Part shown: positions 1 through 8,826 of the stretch, piece after piece
How positions within the stretch are numbered: the stretch's first letter is position 1
Layout: each line of letters starts with the position of its first letter
DNA from: Flavobacteriales bacterium
Lineage (GTDB): Bacteria > Bacteroidota > Bacteroidia > Flavobacteriales_D > CAJJDF01
Direction: 5' to 3'
NCBI GenBank assembly: GCA_965657945.1
Contig: CBFHPW010000002.1
Span: 99,818-163,817, forward strand
Length of the DNA stretch: 64,000 nucleotides
Notes under the pieces: generated by a model
Database searches by the model: none
Told to the model about the DNA's origin: nothing
The model's input: the letters and a program-made list of their open reading frames with translations, nothing else
Made by a program: the position numbers and the translations under genes

Positions 1-201
1 CCTGACAACACAATTACTTTGAATAATAAAACAGTAGATTTGGCTCAAATTGAAACAGCTATATTAGCGGCAGTTGCGGAAGACGAAGAAAAAGTTGTGG
101 AACTTTATGGAGATATGGAATCAAATTACGGAACAGTTTTCAACATCATTGAAATTTCTAAAAGGAATCAACTCAAGGTTTTACTAATGTCTAAAAAGTA
201 A
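1..201 (+). CDS. exbD: ExbD/TolR-family biopolymer transporter, C-terminal fragment (5' end lies upstream of the window)
   Basis: Frame 1 is open from base 1 (PDNTITLNNKTVDL...), so the TTG at 19 is probably internal. The tail VVELYGDMESNYGTVFNIIEISKRNQLKVLL resembles the ExbD periplasmic domain. A TonB-like gene follows directly, which is the classical order. Confidence 0.6.
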   Translation, partial: PDNTITLNNKTVDLAQIETAILAAVAEDEEKVVELYGDMESNYGTVFNIIEISKRNQLKVLLMSKK

Positions 202-252
202 CATTCACAATTTTATTTCATAAATTACGTTAATCTCCAAATCCCTGACATT

Positions 253-978
253 ATGAGTGAAGAAGAAAAGAAAAATAAAACACTAGGCATCCTAATCACC
301 AGTGTATTTCATGTGGCAGTGGTGTTGCTACTTTTTGCTTTTTCTATGTCTACAGAAGGAAAGAAAGAAGAGCCAGTGATGTTGGTGATGGATTTTTCTG
401 CTGGATCCAGTTCAGCTGGTGGAAGTAGTTCACCAAGCGAAACTTCAAACCCAACTGAAGACCCCCAGCCGACAAACAAAGTAGACCCAGTGAAAACTCA
501 GACTCAAGAATCGGCAGCGAATAGATCGAACAAAGCTCGAAGCGAAAGTTCTAACAACAAAAATACAGATGAAAAAAAACCGAACTCCGATGCTTTAGCA
601 AGTGGTGCGTTTGGTGGAAATGGAACTGGAAAAGCAAATGGTGATGGAAACGGAGAGAACCCAGGATTGGGTGATGGGGAAAATGGTCCTGGAGTAAAAG
701 GTAAAATTGGCGCATTAGGCTCTGGTGATGGAATTCCTCCAGCTGTTACAAACCCTACGCGAGATCAAGAAGGAAAAGTAGTTATTGAACTAACCGTGGA
801 CAAACAAGGAAACGTAGTAGATGTAAAAGTTTTATCCAATCACAAAGAAACCACAACAACAGATCCTGTTTTACTTAATCAGGCCAAGAAAGATGGATTT
901 AGGTATAAATTCAAACCGGATAATAGAAGAGCTGACCTAAGCAAAGGCCTCAGAAAAATAAACTATGTACTTCGATAA
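253..978 (+). CDS. TonB-family energy transducer
   Basis: N-terminal TM helix (LGILITSVFHVAVVLLLFAF), a long low-complexity S/G/N/P-rich linker, and a C-terminal TonB-like domain (EGKVVIELTVDKQGNVVDVKVL...). It sits downstream of exbD. Confidence 0.6.
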   Translation: MSEEEKKNKTLGILITSVFHVAVVLLLFAFSMSTEGKKEEPVMLVMDFSAGSSSAGGSSSPSETSNPTEDPQPTNKVDPVKTQTQESAANRSNKARSESSNNKNTDEKKPNSDALASGAFGGNGTGKANGDGNGENPGLGDGENGPGVKGKIGALGSGDGIPPAVTNPTRDQEGKVVIELTVDKQGNVVDVKVLSNHKETTTTDPVLLNQAKKDGFRYKFKPDNRRADLSKGLRKINYVLR

Positions 979-984
979 ACGAAA

Positions 985-2214
985 GTGAAAACCTACCAAG
1001 AAACCCTCGATTTTCTTTTTTCACAGCTTCCCCAATTTCAGAAAATTGGGCAAAAAGCATACAAAGCGAACTTAGAGAACATCCGTGCTATTTGCGATGT
1101 TTTACAAAATCCTCAAAACAACCTCCACACTATTCATGTTGCTGGAAGTAACGGAAAAGGCTCTACCTCACACATGTTGGCCTCTGTACTTCAAGAAGCT
1201 GGATACAAGGTTGGATTGTACACCTCCCCTCACCTAAAGGACTTTAGAGAAAGAATCAAAATTAACGGACAAGAAATTTCGGAAGAAAAAGTCATCCAAT
1301 TTGTGGAAGAGTTTCAACCGAAATTAAAAGAAACAAACCCTTCGTTCTTTGAATGGACGGTTGGGTTAGCTTTTTATTATTTTCATCAAGAAAAAACCGA
1401 CATTAATGTAATAGAAACAGGGCTGGGAGGCAGATTGGACTCAACGAATATCATTCAGCCGGTTGTATCTGTCATTACAAATATTTCACTTGAACACACT
1501 GCTATATTAGGTGATACAATTGAAAAAATTGCAGCGGAAAAAGCTGGAATTATTAAATTCAAAACTCCCGTAATTATTGGTAAAACTCAAAAGAAAACAA
1601 CCAAAATATTCGAAAAACAAGCAAAGCTGAACGAATCCACTATTTTCTTTGCAGATTCAGTGCCTGACCTTGATGTAACGTTAGACCTTATCGGTCAAAT
1701 TCAACAGGAAAATGCAAAAACTGCTTGGAAAACTTGTGAGGTTTTGGCTACTCAGGGTTTCGCAACATCAAAGAATGAGCGAATCAGTGGATTAGAAAAT
1801 GTATTGAAGAACACTCGATTACAAGGGAGATTTCAAATTGTAAGTACCTCCCCACTTATCGTATTTGATACAGCCCACAATCCAGATGGAATAAAAGCAT
1901 TGTGCAGAGAGATCAAAAGAATAAAGCCTACTCGAATTCATTTTGTGTTAGGAATGGCTCGTGATAAAAATCACGATGAAATGTTCAAACAGTTCCCACA
2001 AAACTCCTTATTTTATTTTTGTTCATCAACCAACGAAAGAGTAATTTCGGGAAAATCATTGAAAGATATCGCATTAGGGCTAAACCGAATTGGAAATGAT
2101 TACTCTTCGGTTAAAAGTGGTTTAGAGGCCGCAAAAAAGACCGCCTCAAAAACAGAAATGATTGTGGTTACAGGAAGTAATTTTGTAATTGCAGACGTAC
2201 TCTCATCATGTTAG
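985..2214 (+). CDS. folC: Bifunctional folylpolyglutamate synthase / dihydrofolate synthase (Mur-ligase family)
   Basis: P-loop HVAGSNGKGSTSHM, and ETGLGGRLDSTN plus ITNISLEHT motifs typical of FolC. GTG start. Confidence 0.85.
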   Translation: MKTYQETLDFLFSQLPQFQKIGQKAYKANLENIRAICDVLQNPQNNLHTIHVAGSNGKGSTSHMLASVLQEAGYKVGLYTSPHLKDFRERIKINGQEISEEKVIQFVEEFQPKLKETNPSFFEWTVGLAFYYFHQEKTDINVIETGLGGRLDSTNIIQPVVSVITNISLEHTAILGDTIEKIAAEKAGIIKFKTPVIIGKTQKKTTKIFEKQAKLNESTIFFADSVPDLDVTLDLIGQIQQENAKTAWKTCEVLATQGFATSKNERISGLENVLKNTRLQGRFQIVSTSPLIVFDTAHNPDGIKALCREIKRIKPTRIHFVLGMARDKNHDEMFKQFPQNSLFYFCSSTNERVISGKSLKDIALGLNRIGNDYSSVKSGLEAAKKTASKTEMIVVTGSNFVIADVLSSC

Positions 2215-2220
2215 TCACAA

Positions 2221-2253
2221 AAAAAACCTCAAAGATTTCTCCTTGAGGTTTCA
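2221..2253. terminator. Hairpin between convergent folC and ompA-like genes (bidirectional terminator candidate)
   Basis: AACCTCAA (2225-2232) pairs with TTGAGGTT (2243-2250). An A-run lies 5' and T-rich sequence lies 3'. Confidence 0.55.
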
Positions 2254-2278
2254 TTCTAATTAGAGTTTATTTTTTCAG

Positions 2279-3448
2279 TTAGTTTTGCAATTTGAAAGCT
2301 ACCCTTCTATTCTTTGCTTTTCCAACTAAGGTTCCTTCTCTGGATTCAGGCTCAGAATCATTCATTATTTCAGATTCAAATCTATCTTCTCCCAATCCAT
2401 GGCTTTTCAAATAGTTAATCACATTCTTGATTCTTCTACTAGCCAAATCTAAATGAATCTCGTCCCCTCTTGCAGCAAGCGCCTCGTCCGCAGTTGTATG
2501 ACCGTACACATTCAATTTCATTGTTGGGTTTTCTATTAGTGTCAATGCCAATACATCCAAATCTTCTTTCGACCTTGGCAACAATGATGATTTCAAATAA
2601 GCAAAATATACCGTTGAGTTCGCTACTATTTGCTCAGGAGTAAATCCATCTACCGAACTGCTTGCTTTGCTATACACCACTCTTTCAATTTCTTTTTCGT
2701 CAATTTCTCCACACTCACATTTCTCACCTTCTTCCAATATTTTCACAACGACTTCATCAATATAATAGTAGGCATAAGGAATTTGAGCTCCATTAAAGTC
2801 TTTCTTCTTTCTCAATTTTTTCCAATCAGTATCCGTTGTTTCATTGAAGTTGCCAATCGTAATGTATCTTTCTCCTCCATTGGCTACAAATTCTCCACAC
2901 ATAGTTTCCCAGCTGTATCTTTTTTCGAATACCTTATTATCAGCAATTCTAACAAACTCTTCTCCTTTTGATAACACGATGTCTTTTTTACCTTCCACCT
3001 CAATTGGGTTTTTGGATAAAAATGCTCCGAGGTTGTTTACTGCATATTTCGACAAATCGGCCAAACTAACTTTGTAAGATACGCAGTACCTAGCGCCTTT
3101 TTTAAGTTTTTCTTTTAAATCTCTTGAAACGTAAGTTCTTGGGTCTTTTCCTCTGTAAGAATAAGCAATAATTCCAGCATAATTATCTCCATCAGAAGGC
3201 TCTTCTTTTCCGTAAATGTTGTCAGGAGCGCCAATCTCTGTTCCCTTTGCAGATCTCGTAAACAAATCAGCTCTCAATGAAGTTGGAGAAAACCAATCCA
3301 TTGCTTTATTAATTTGTTTTAGTCGCTTCAATTTTCCTTTCGTTCCCTCAAAACTGTAGTTGTCAACCAAATTGTTGTCGTCTTGGGCGTAGGAATTTCC
3401 AACTAACGCAAAAGCCAAAAAGGCTCCGATAATGTATCTTTTTTTCAT
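2279..3448 (-). CDS. OmpA-family outer-membrane/peptidoglycan-associated protein
   Basis: Signal peptide MKKRYIIGAFLAFALVGNSYAQ. C-terminal OmpA-like domain (NVYGHTTADE...ASRRIKNVINYL...NRRVAFKL). Confidence 0.7.
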   Translation of the reverse strand: MKKRYIIGAFLAFALVGNSYAQDDNNLVDNYSFEGTKGKLKRLKQINKAMDWFSPTSLRADLFTRSAKGTEIGAPDNIYGKEEPSDGDNYAGIIAYSYRGKDPRTYVSRDLKEKLKKGARYCVSYKVSLADLSKYAVNNLGAFLSKNPIEVEGKKDIVLSKGEEFVRIADNKVFEKRYSWETMCGEFVANGGERYITIGNFNETTDTDWKKLRKKKDFNGAQIPYAYYYIDEVVVKILEEGEKCECGEIDEKEIERVVYSKASSSVDGFTPEQIVANSTVYFAYLKSSLLPRSKEDLDVLALTLIENPTMKLNVYGHTTADEALAARGDEIHLDLASRRIKNVINYLKSHGLGEDRFESEIMNDSEPESREGTLVGKAKNRRVAFKLQN

Positions 3449-3601
3449 AATATTTCTTTTAATAGGTTTAAAAATAAGAATCTATTTTCAATTACCAATG
3501 CTTGTTGAGTGATAAAATCAAATATCGTTAAGATTAGTTACAACTTCAATGCCAGAAAAAAAAATCTCTAGTCATTAACGGTTTCTTAACAAGAACAGTC
3601 G

Positions 3602-4384
3602 CTAACAAGAAATAAAATAAGGCACGTACAAATCTTCTTTGTTATATCGCAGCGGCTTACCCGTTGCTTCCTTGTAAATATCCTTGCCAATTCCTTTCAA
3701 AATAGCGTGCCCCGATGCTGTATCCCATTCCATACATGGATAATCTCTTGGGTAAATATCTACTTGTCCTTTTGCCATCAAACAAAATTTTACGGAGCTG
3801 GCAACTTTTCGAAACTCAATAGAATCATATTCTTTCCTCACCAAATTTGATTCTTCGTAAAAGAGTGTTGGTGTTGGTTTTCCTCCAGCTACAATCAGTA
3901 CTTCTCTTGGTGTATTTTCGCAAGGAAGCTCAATGAGTTGTTCCAGTTTCCTATCTTCTATCGTAGTAGCGTACGAACCGATTTCGGTTCCCCCAAAAAA
4001 GACCTCACCCGAAACTGGAATTACAATTACTCCAAAGATTGGCTTTCCTCCTTTCACAAGACCTATATTAATGGCAAAATTTTCTTTTCCGGCAATAAAT
4101 TCCTTTGTACCATCCAAAGGATCTACAATCCATAATTCATCCCATAATTTTCTTTCTTCAAACGGTATTTCTCCGCCTTCTTCACTCAATACTGGGATAT
4201 TAGTTTTCTTCAACTCATTGGTAATTAACCGTGACGACTCCAGATCTGCAACAGTAACGGGTGATTCGTCTGACTTAAATTCGATTCCCAATTCATTGGT
4301 CCTAAAATAACCCATAACCAGGCTCGATGCCTGAATGGCAGCACGAATGGCCGTTTGGTAAGTATGCGGTAATTCTAGCTTCAT
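3602..4384 (-). CDS. cysQ: Inositol-monophosphatase-family enzyme, CysQ-like 3'(2'),5'-bisphosphate nucleotidase
   Basis: Motifs SEE...WIVDPLDGTKEF and MEWDTASGHAIL. Its ATG overlaps the stop of the upstream response regulator (TAATG on the minus strand at 4382-4386). Confidence 0.7.
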   Translation of the reverse strand: MKLELPHTYQTAIRAAIQASSLVMGYFRTNELGIEFKSDESPVTVADLESSRLITNELKKTNIPVLSEEGGEIPFEERKLWDELWIVDPLDGTKEFIAGKENFAINIGLVKGGKPIFGVIVIPVSGEVFFGGTEIGSYATTIEDRKLEQLIELPCENTPREVLIVAGGKPTPTLFYEESNLVRKEYDSIEFRKVASSVKFCLMAKGQVDIYPRDYPCMEWDTASGHAILKGIGKDIYKEATGKPLRYNKEDLYVPYFISC

Positions 4385-5097
4385 TATAAACTTCTATTTT
4401 CTCTAAATCTTTGTGATTGTCTTCTGGACACTTCTATTTCTTCCCCATTTTTCAGGGTTAATTTGAGCCCACCGCTAAACCAACTATCTACTTTTTCTAC
4501 CCACGTCATATTCACAATATGCTTCCTATTTACCCGAAAAAACTCTTTTTCATCCAATCTCTCCTCAATCTTGTTTAACGACCTCAACAGCATCGGTTTA
4601 TTATCGTCAAAATACACCTTCACGTAATTCCCAACCGATTCAAACAATCTAATTTCACTTAGTTTAACAAACCAACAATTGTCACCATCTTTGATAAAAA
4701 TCTGATCATCGTACCCCAATTTGGAACCTTGTTCAGTTTCAACTCTCTTATTTGGTTCTTCTATTTTGTTCATTATTTGGTCGAGCCTTTTGGGATCTAC
4801 CGGTTTCAAAATATAATCAGTAGCATTTACCTCAAAGGCTTTTATTGCGTATTCATCAAATGCAGTTACAAATACAACTTGGGGAATATTCTCTAATTCT
4901 TCCAGCAAATCAAATCCTGTTTTTTCGGGCATTTGAATGTCAAGAAAAATCAAATCTGGCTGGTGTTTTCGGATCGAAATTAGCGCCTCATCCACATTGG
5001 CACACTCATCTACAACTTCAATGAAATCATAGTCGGTAAGCAAAGTGGAAAGTTCTTTTCTAGCAAGTCGTTCGTCATCTACAAGGATAGTTTTCAT
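4384..5097 (-). CDS. LytTR-family two-component response regulator
   Basis: Receiver domain (ILVDDE...DLIFLDIQMP...VVFVTA) plus a C-terminal LytTR DNA-binding domain (FFRVNRKHIVN). Confidence 0.85.
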   Translation of the reverse strand: MKTILVDDERLARKELSTLLTDYDFIEVVDECANVDEALISIRKHQPDLIFLDIQMPEKTGFDLLEELENIPQVVFVTAFDEYAIKAFEVNATDYILKPVDPKRLDQIMNKIEEPNKRVETEQGSKLGYDDQIFIKDGDNCWFVKLSEIRLFESVGNYVKVYFDDNKPMLLRSLNKIEERLDEKEFFRVNRKHIVNMTWVEKVDSWFSGGLKLTLKNGEEIEVSRRQSQRFRENRSL

Positions 5098-6143
5098 AAG
5101 ATAGTTTTTAGCGGAATAGAGATGTTCGCGACCACTCCATTCTGGTTTGAGCCAAGTGTAAATGAGGCCATTTTTCCGTAAAGCAACTCGAGTCGTTTTT
5201 GTGTGTTTTCAATTCCGATTTGGGTGCCTGATTCCGATTGCGAAAAGAGTGAACCAGGATTGCTTATTTTAATATTGAGCAACTCTCCTTCGAGCCTGGC
5301 AGAAATATGTAATTCACCTCCCTTTTTTAATTTAGAAATTCCGTGTTTTATGGCATTTTCTACTAAGGTTTGAATGAGCAAAGGAGGAATTTGGGAAAAA
5401 AGTGACTCTTCTGAGATTTCCAATTTAACTTGAAGTCTTTCTTCATACCTCATTTTTTCTAAACTCAAATAATCAGAAACAAGAGTCATCTCCTGTTTTA
5501 AACTCACAAGTTCTTTTTTGGTATGCACCAAAGAATTACGCAACACATTAGATAATTCGGTTATGGCTTTTTTAGATTTCGATGGATCTTCATCAATCAA
5601 TGCGCGAATACTATTCATCGCATTGAACATAAAATGTGGATTGAGTTGAGAACGTAAGTTTTTTAATTCTGTTTCGGCATTGAGTGCTTGAAGCTGAATG
5701 TTCTTGAATTCGATAATTCTCGCTTTGTAAAATAACAAGTATCCAAAATACAACAAGTTCCAAATAAAGTAAACAAAAGTCCCAAACAACCAATCGTTCG
5801 AGGAAAGCAAGTTAGGCGAGGCATCGAACACCAATACGTTGCTTGTATGAATGATAAGTGAAAATATCAAACCAAGAAAAACACTGGACAATCCTATCCT
5901 TAACCACAATATATTCAGTTTTACTTGTAGCCAACCTCGTTGGTTTATAAAAAGCCGATACAGGTGACTCGTTACTATATTCAGTACAAAAACGCTTAGT
6001 AAAAATATTATCAACTCGAAAGAAAGCCCTTCTTGTTCCACATTAAACAAAGCAATAATCGCCACCAAAAATCCCCAACCAATGAGTTGGAAGATGAAGT
6101 ATTGAGTCCTGAAATTAACTTTTATTTCGGTAGATTTAGCCAT
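5094..6143 (-). CDS. LytS/YehU-type sensor histidine kinase
   Basis: Multi-TM N-terminus, His_kinase motif LRSQLNPHFMFNAMNSI, and an HATPase region (ENAIKHG...). It overlaps the response regulator by 4 nt (ATGA). Confidence 0.85.
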   Translation of the reverse strand: MAKSTEIKVNFRTQYFIFQLIGWGFLVAIIALFNVEQEGLSFELIIFLLSVFVLNIVTSHLYRLFINQRGWLQVKLNILWLRIGLSSVFLGLIFSLIIHTSNVLVFDASPNLLSSNDWLFGTFVYFIWNLLYFGYLLFYKARIIEFKNIQLQALNAETELKNLRSQLNPHFMFNAMNSIRALIDEDPSKSKKAITELSNVLRNSLVHTKKELVSLKQEMTLVSDYLSLEKMRYEERLQVKLEISEESLFSQIPPLLIQTLVENAIKHGISKLKKGGELHISARLEGELLNIKISNPGSLFSQSESGTQIGIENTQKRLELLYGKMASFTLGSNQNGVVANISIPLKTIL

Positions 6144-6176
6144 GGCATGACTAAGTTACATTTTTTTTAAAAACTC

Positions 6177-7205
6177 CTAATTATTATACGACAAACGTGG
6201 AATAAGCCGGTAGAATACCTCTACAAAAAACCCGAATATCAATATCGAAAGCAATAAATGAATGGGTTGTGCAAATGCTTGCATTCCAAAATAATACATA
6301 ATTATTCCTGCAGAAATTTCAAACAACGTAAAAACCAAAATAAAGGTAAGCGGCCTTTTAAACCTCTTATCTCGGTACAGCTTAATCATCAGAAATGCAA
6401 GACAAGCAATAACCAGGTATGAGAAAGTTCGATGAATGATGAACATAGAATCAAAGCTATCGGCAATAAATTCTCTTGGCACACCAGCTTTAAACAGAGT
6501 ATCGGTTTGTTGCCTTACCTGAGTTCCCAATACTATTTGAAAAAACATAACTACAATCGATACCAAACTCACTGCTTTCAATAAGCCAGGCGAAGAAGTT
6601 ATGGAACTTTGGGACGACTCTCGCTTTATCAATTTGAGCAAAAGCAACTGAACCATGACCATGACGACCACACCTATCATGTGGTAGGTAATCATGTAAG
6701 GATTTAAGTTTGTATCTACAGTTAATTTACCCAACCATGCTTGAAACAAAATCAAAAACAACTGAATTACAGCTAACCCCAAGAACCATTTGTTTATTTT
6801 CCATTTTCGAGCAGCCAACACGATAGTAATCAATGCTACAAACCCCAAAAGAGCTCCCAAGAGTCGATTGATGTATTCAGTCCAGGTATGGAACACATTG
6901 AAAATAGCGTAATCGTGTTTTGTGTATTTTGTCCAATTTTGAGGATTGTAGTTTTCACCTGCTACAAACTTGGAGTTAGACTTCCACAAAGATTCTTCGT
7001 GAATAATCATTTGTCCTTTTGCAAATTCTTTGCCTTCCTTCCACTCAATTTGCGATTGCTGAGTAGGGGGGATTATGTAACCGAAACACTTGGGCCAATC
7101 AGGACAGCCCATTCCGGAACCTGTCATTCGCACTACACTTCCTGCAACGATTACTAGAAAAATGTTGATGAGTACAATCCAAGAAAAACGATGTAAACTT
7201 TTCAT
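6177..7205 (-). CDS. ctaA: Heme A synthase (COX15/CtaA family)
   Basis: Polytopic membrane protein with the signature GSGMGCPDWPKCFG near the N-terminus and conserved His in later helices. Confidence 0.85.
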   Translation of the reverse strand: MKSLHRFSWIVLINIFLVIVAGSVVRMTGSGMGCPDWPKCFGYIIPPTQQSQIEWKEGKEFAKGQMIIHEESLWKSNSKFVAGENYNPQNWTKYTKHDYAIFNVFHTWTEYINRLLGALLGFVALITIVLAARKWKINKWFLGLAVIQLFLILFQAWLGKLTVDTNLNPYMITYHMIGVVVMVMVQLLLLKLIKRESSQSSITSSPGLLKAVSLVSIVVMFFQIVLGTQVRQQTDTLFKAGVPREFIADSFDSMFIIHRTFSYLVIACLAFLMIKLYRDKRFKRPLTFILVFTLFEISAGIIMYYFGMQAFAQPIHLLLSILIFGFFVEVFYRLIPRLSYNN

Positions 7206-7208
7206 TAG

Positions 7209-8594
7209 TTAAAGGGAGTTAATAAAGTCCGACAAGCAAAATAAGACATCGCGACTTATGGTGGTTTCAATTTTTTGATATTCGTCTGGCATGCCCGTAT
7301 TAGAAGGTTGAAATAAATGATTTAACTCTCCAAAAGTAGCAAAGCGTAAAGTTCTTCGCGAAAATAATCTTGAACGAGATTTACCCAAGGCCGATCTAAT
7401 TTCCTTCATATTGGGATCGGTAGGAACTTGAACGTCTTTTCCTCCGCCAACTGCCAACACAGAACATCTCACTTTTGAAAGGTAATTCTCCGGAACCACA
7501 GACACAAAACTTTTGTACCAAGCCCCATCAAGTAGGTCGAACTGAGCAGAGACAAGGGTCTTTTCCTCGGTCTCAGACAATCCTTTTTGCTCAGAAAAAT
7601 CCATTAACACTTTTTTCAATTTCAAGCTTTTTTGATCTCCTTCGTAAGCAATTACCACACTGTCAATGGACGAAAACAGTTGTTTTTGCTCAAGAATTAG
7701 TTCGTCAGAAAGCCCTTGATCTTTATAAATTGCTTCTCTCTGAAGATGCATCATTTCGGTGATGGGCATACCTGGCGCTCCCATCAAAATGACAAAATCA
7801 ATTAGTTTCTTGTTATTGCTTGCAAACTTAGGCGCAAGAATTCCACCTTCGCTGTGACCCAATATACCCAGTTTATTTACTTCTTTTCGTTTGCCAATCA
7901 CCTCGATTACAGATTCTAAATCGGTATACAAATCCGACAAATCCGCCCCTCTATATTCTCCAGTAGATTTGCCCACTCCTCTTTCATCATACCGAAATGA
8001 CCCAATCCCTTGTTTGGCCAAATGATCCGCTATTACCGCAAACAACTTATGCCCAAAAATTTCTGAATCACGATTTTGAGGACCACTTCCCGAAACCAAA
8101 ACAACCACAGGAAATGCTCCTGATTGGCTGGGCAAAGTTAGGGTTCCGCTCAAAGTCAAAGAATCCTTTTTGTTCTTTATCAAGATTTCTTCGGTGTAGT
8201 AATCTATCTCGCCAATTGGTGTTTGAGGTCTTTTGAGTTTTTCTTGAACAACCTCACCAAGCGACATAGCTAAATCCAACTCAAACCCATTTTGTTTGAA
8301 CACGCCAAGCAAAGAATCTTTGCTATGAATTCCCTCGTAGGCTATTCCTAATTTGGACAAACCAAAAAAGAAGGACGAATCAGAAATGTAAACGGAATCA
8401 CACCAAAAGTCAAGCGAAGGATTAGATTCAGCTTGCAAAGAGACTTTATATGTCGAATTGTTTCGTTCTACCTTGAAAAAAACTTTTTGAGTCGTTCCCA
8501 TGGCCGATAAATCTCCTTTCCATGTACCTTCTGTGATTTGAGAAACCGACCAATAAGAGGAAAAAAGAAGAAGAAAAAGAATAAATTGTTTCAT
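7209..8594 (-). CDS. Secreted alpha/beta-hydrolase (serine hydrolase)
   Basis: Signal peptide MKQFILFLLLFSSYWSVSQ and nucleophile elbow GHSEGG. The N-terminal extra domain is of unknown function. Confidence 0.65.
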   Translation of the reverse strand: MKQFILFLLLFSSYWSVSQITEGTWKGDLSAMGTTQKVFFKVERNNSTYKVSLQAESNPSLDFWCDSVYISDSSFFFGLSKLGIAYEGIHSKDSLLGVFKQNGFELDLAMSLGEVVQEKLKRPQTPIGEIDYYTEEILIKNKKDSLTLSGTLTLPSQSGAFPVVVLVSGSGPQNRDSEIFGHKLFAVIADHLAKQGIGSFRYDERGVGKSTGEYRGADLSDLYTDLESVIEVIGKRKEVNKLGILGHSEGGILAPKFASNNKKLIDFVILMGAPGMPITEMMHLQREAIYKDQGLSDELILEQKQLFSSIDSVVIAYEGDQKSLKLKKVLMDFSEQKGLSETEEKTLVSAQFDLLDGAWYKSFVSVVPENYLSKVRCSVLAVGGGKDVQVPTDPNMKEIRSALGKSRSRLFSRRTLRFATFGELNHLFQPSNTGMPDEYQKIETTISRDVLFCLSDFINSL

Positions 8595-8826
8595 TGTGTC
8601 AGTTTGAAAATCAAATTTACTATACTTTGAAGATAATAACCATAAATACGAAGTCGATTTTTTTTGTGATTGGGTAAAGAGAGCAGAAAAAAACTTATCA
8701 GGTATAACTATTTGAAGGAATAGAAGAAATAAGATTCAATTTCATCACAAAATTGGATTAAAAACCCCTTTTATTTGGCAAGATTTTTGATAGAACAGAA
8801 ACCCACAACTAACTGATCATTTTTTC

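Noticed and set aside
8595-8826. A 232-bp leader upstream of the TonB-dependent receptor, as a possible riboswitch (cobalamin, TPP and similar).
   Set aside because: I could not find any conserved riboswitch core such as the B12 box or the TPP CUGAGA/ACCUGA elements. The region is simply AT-rich. A covariance-model scan with Rfam/Infernal would be needed to be sure.
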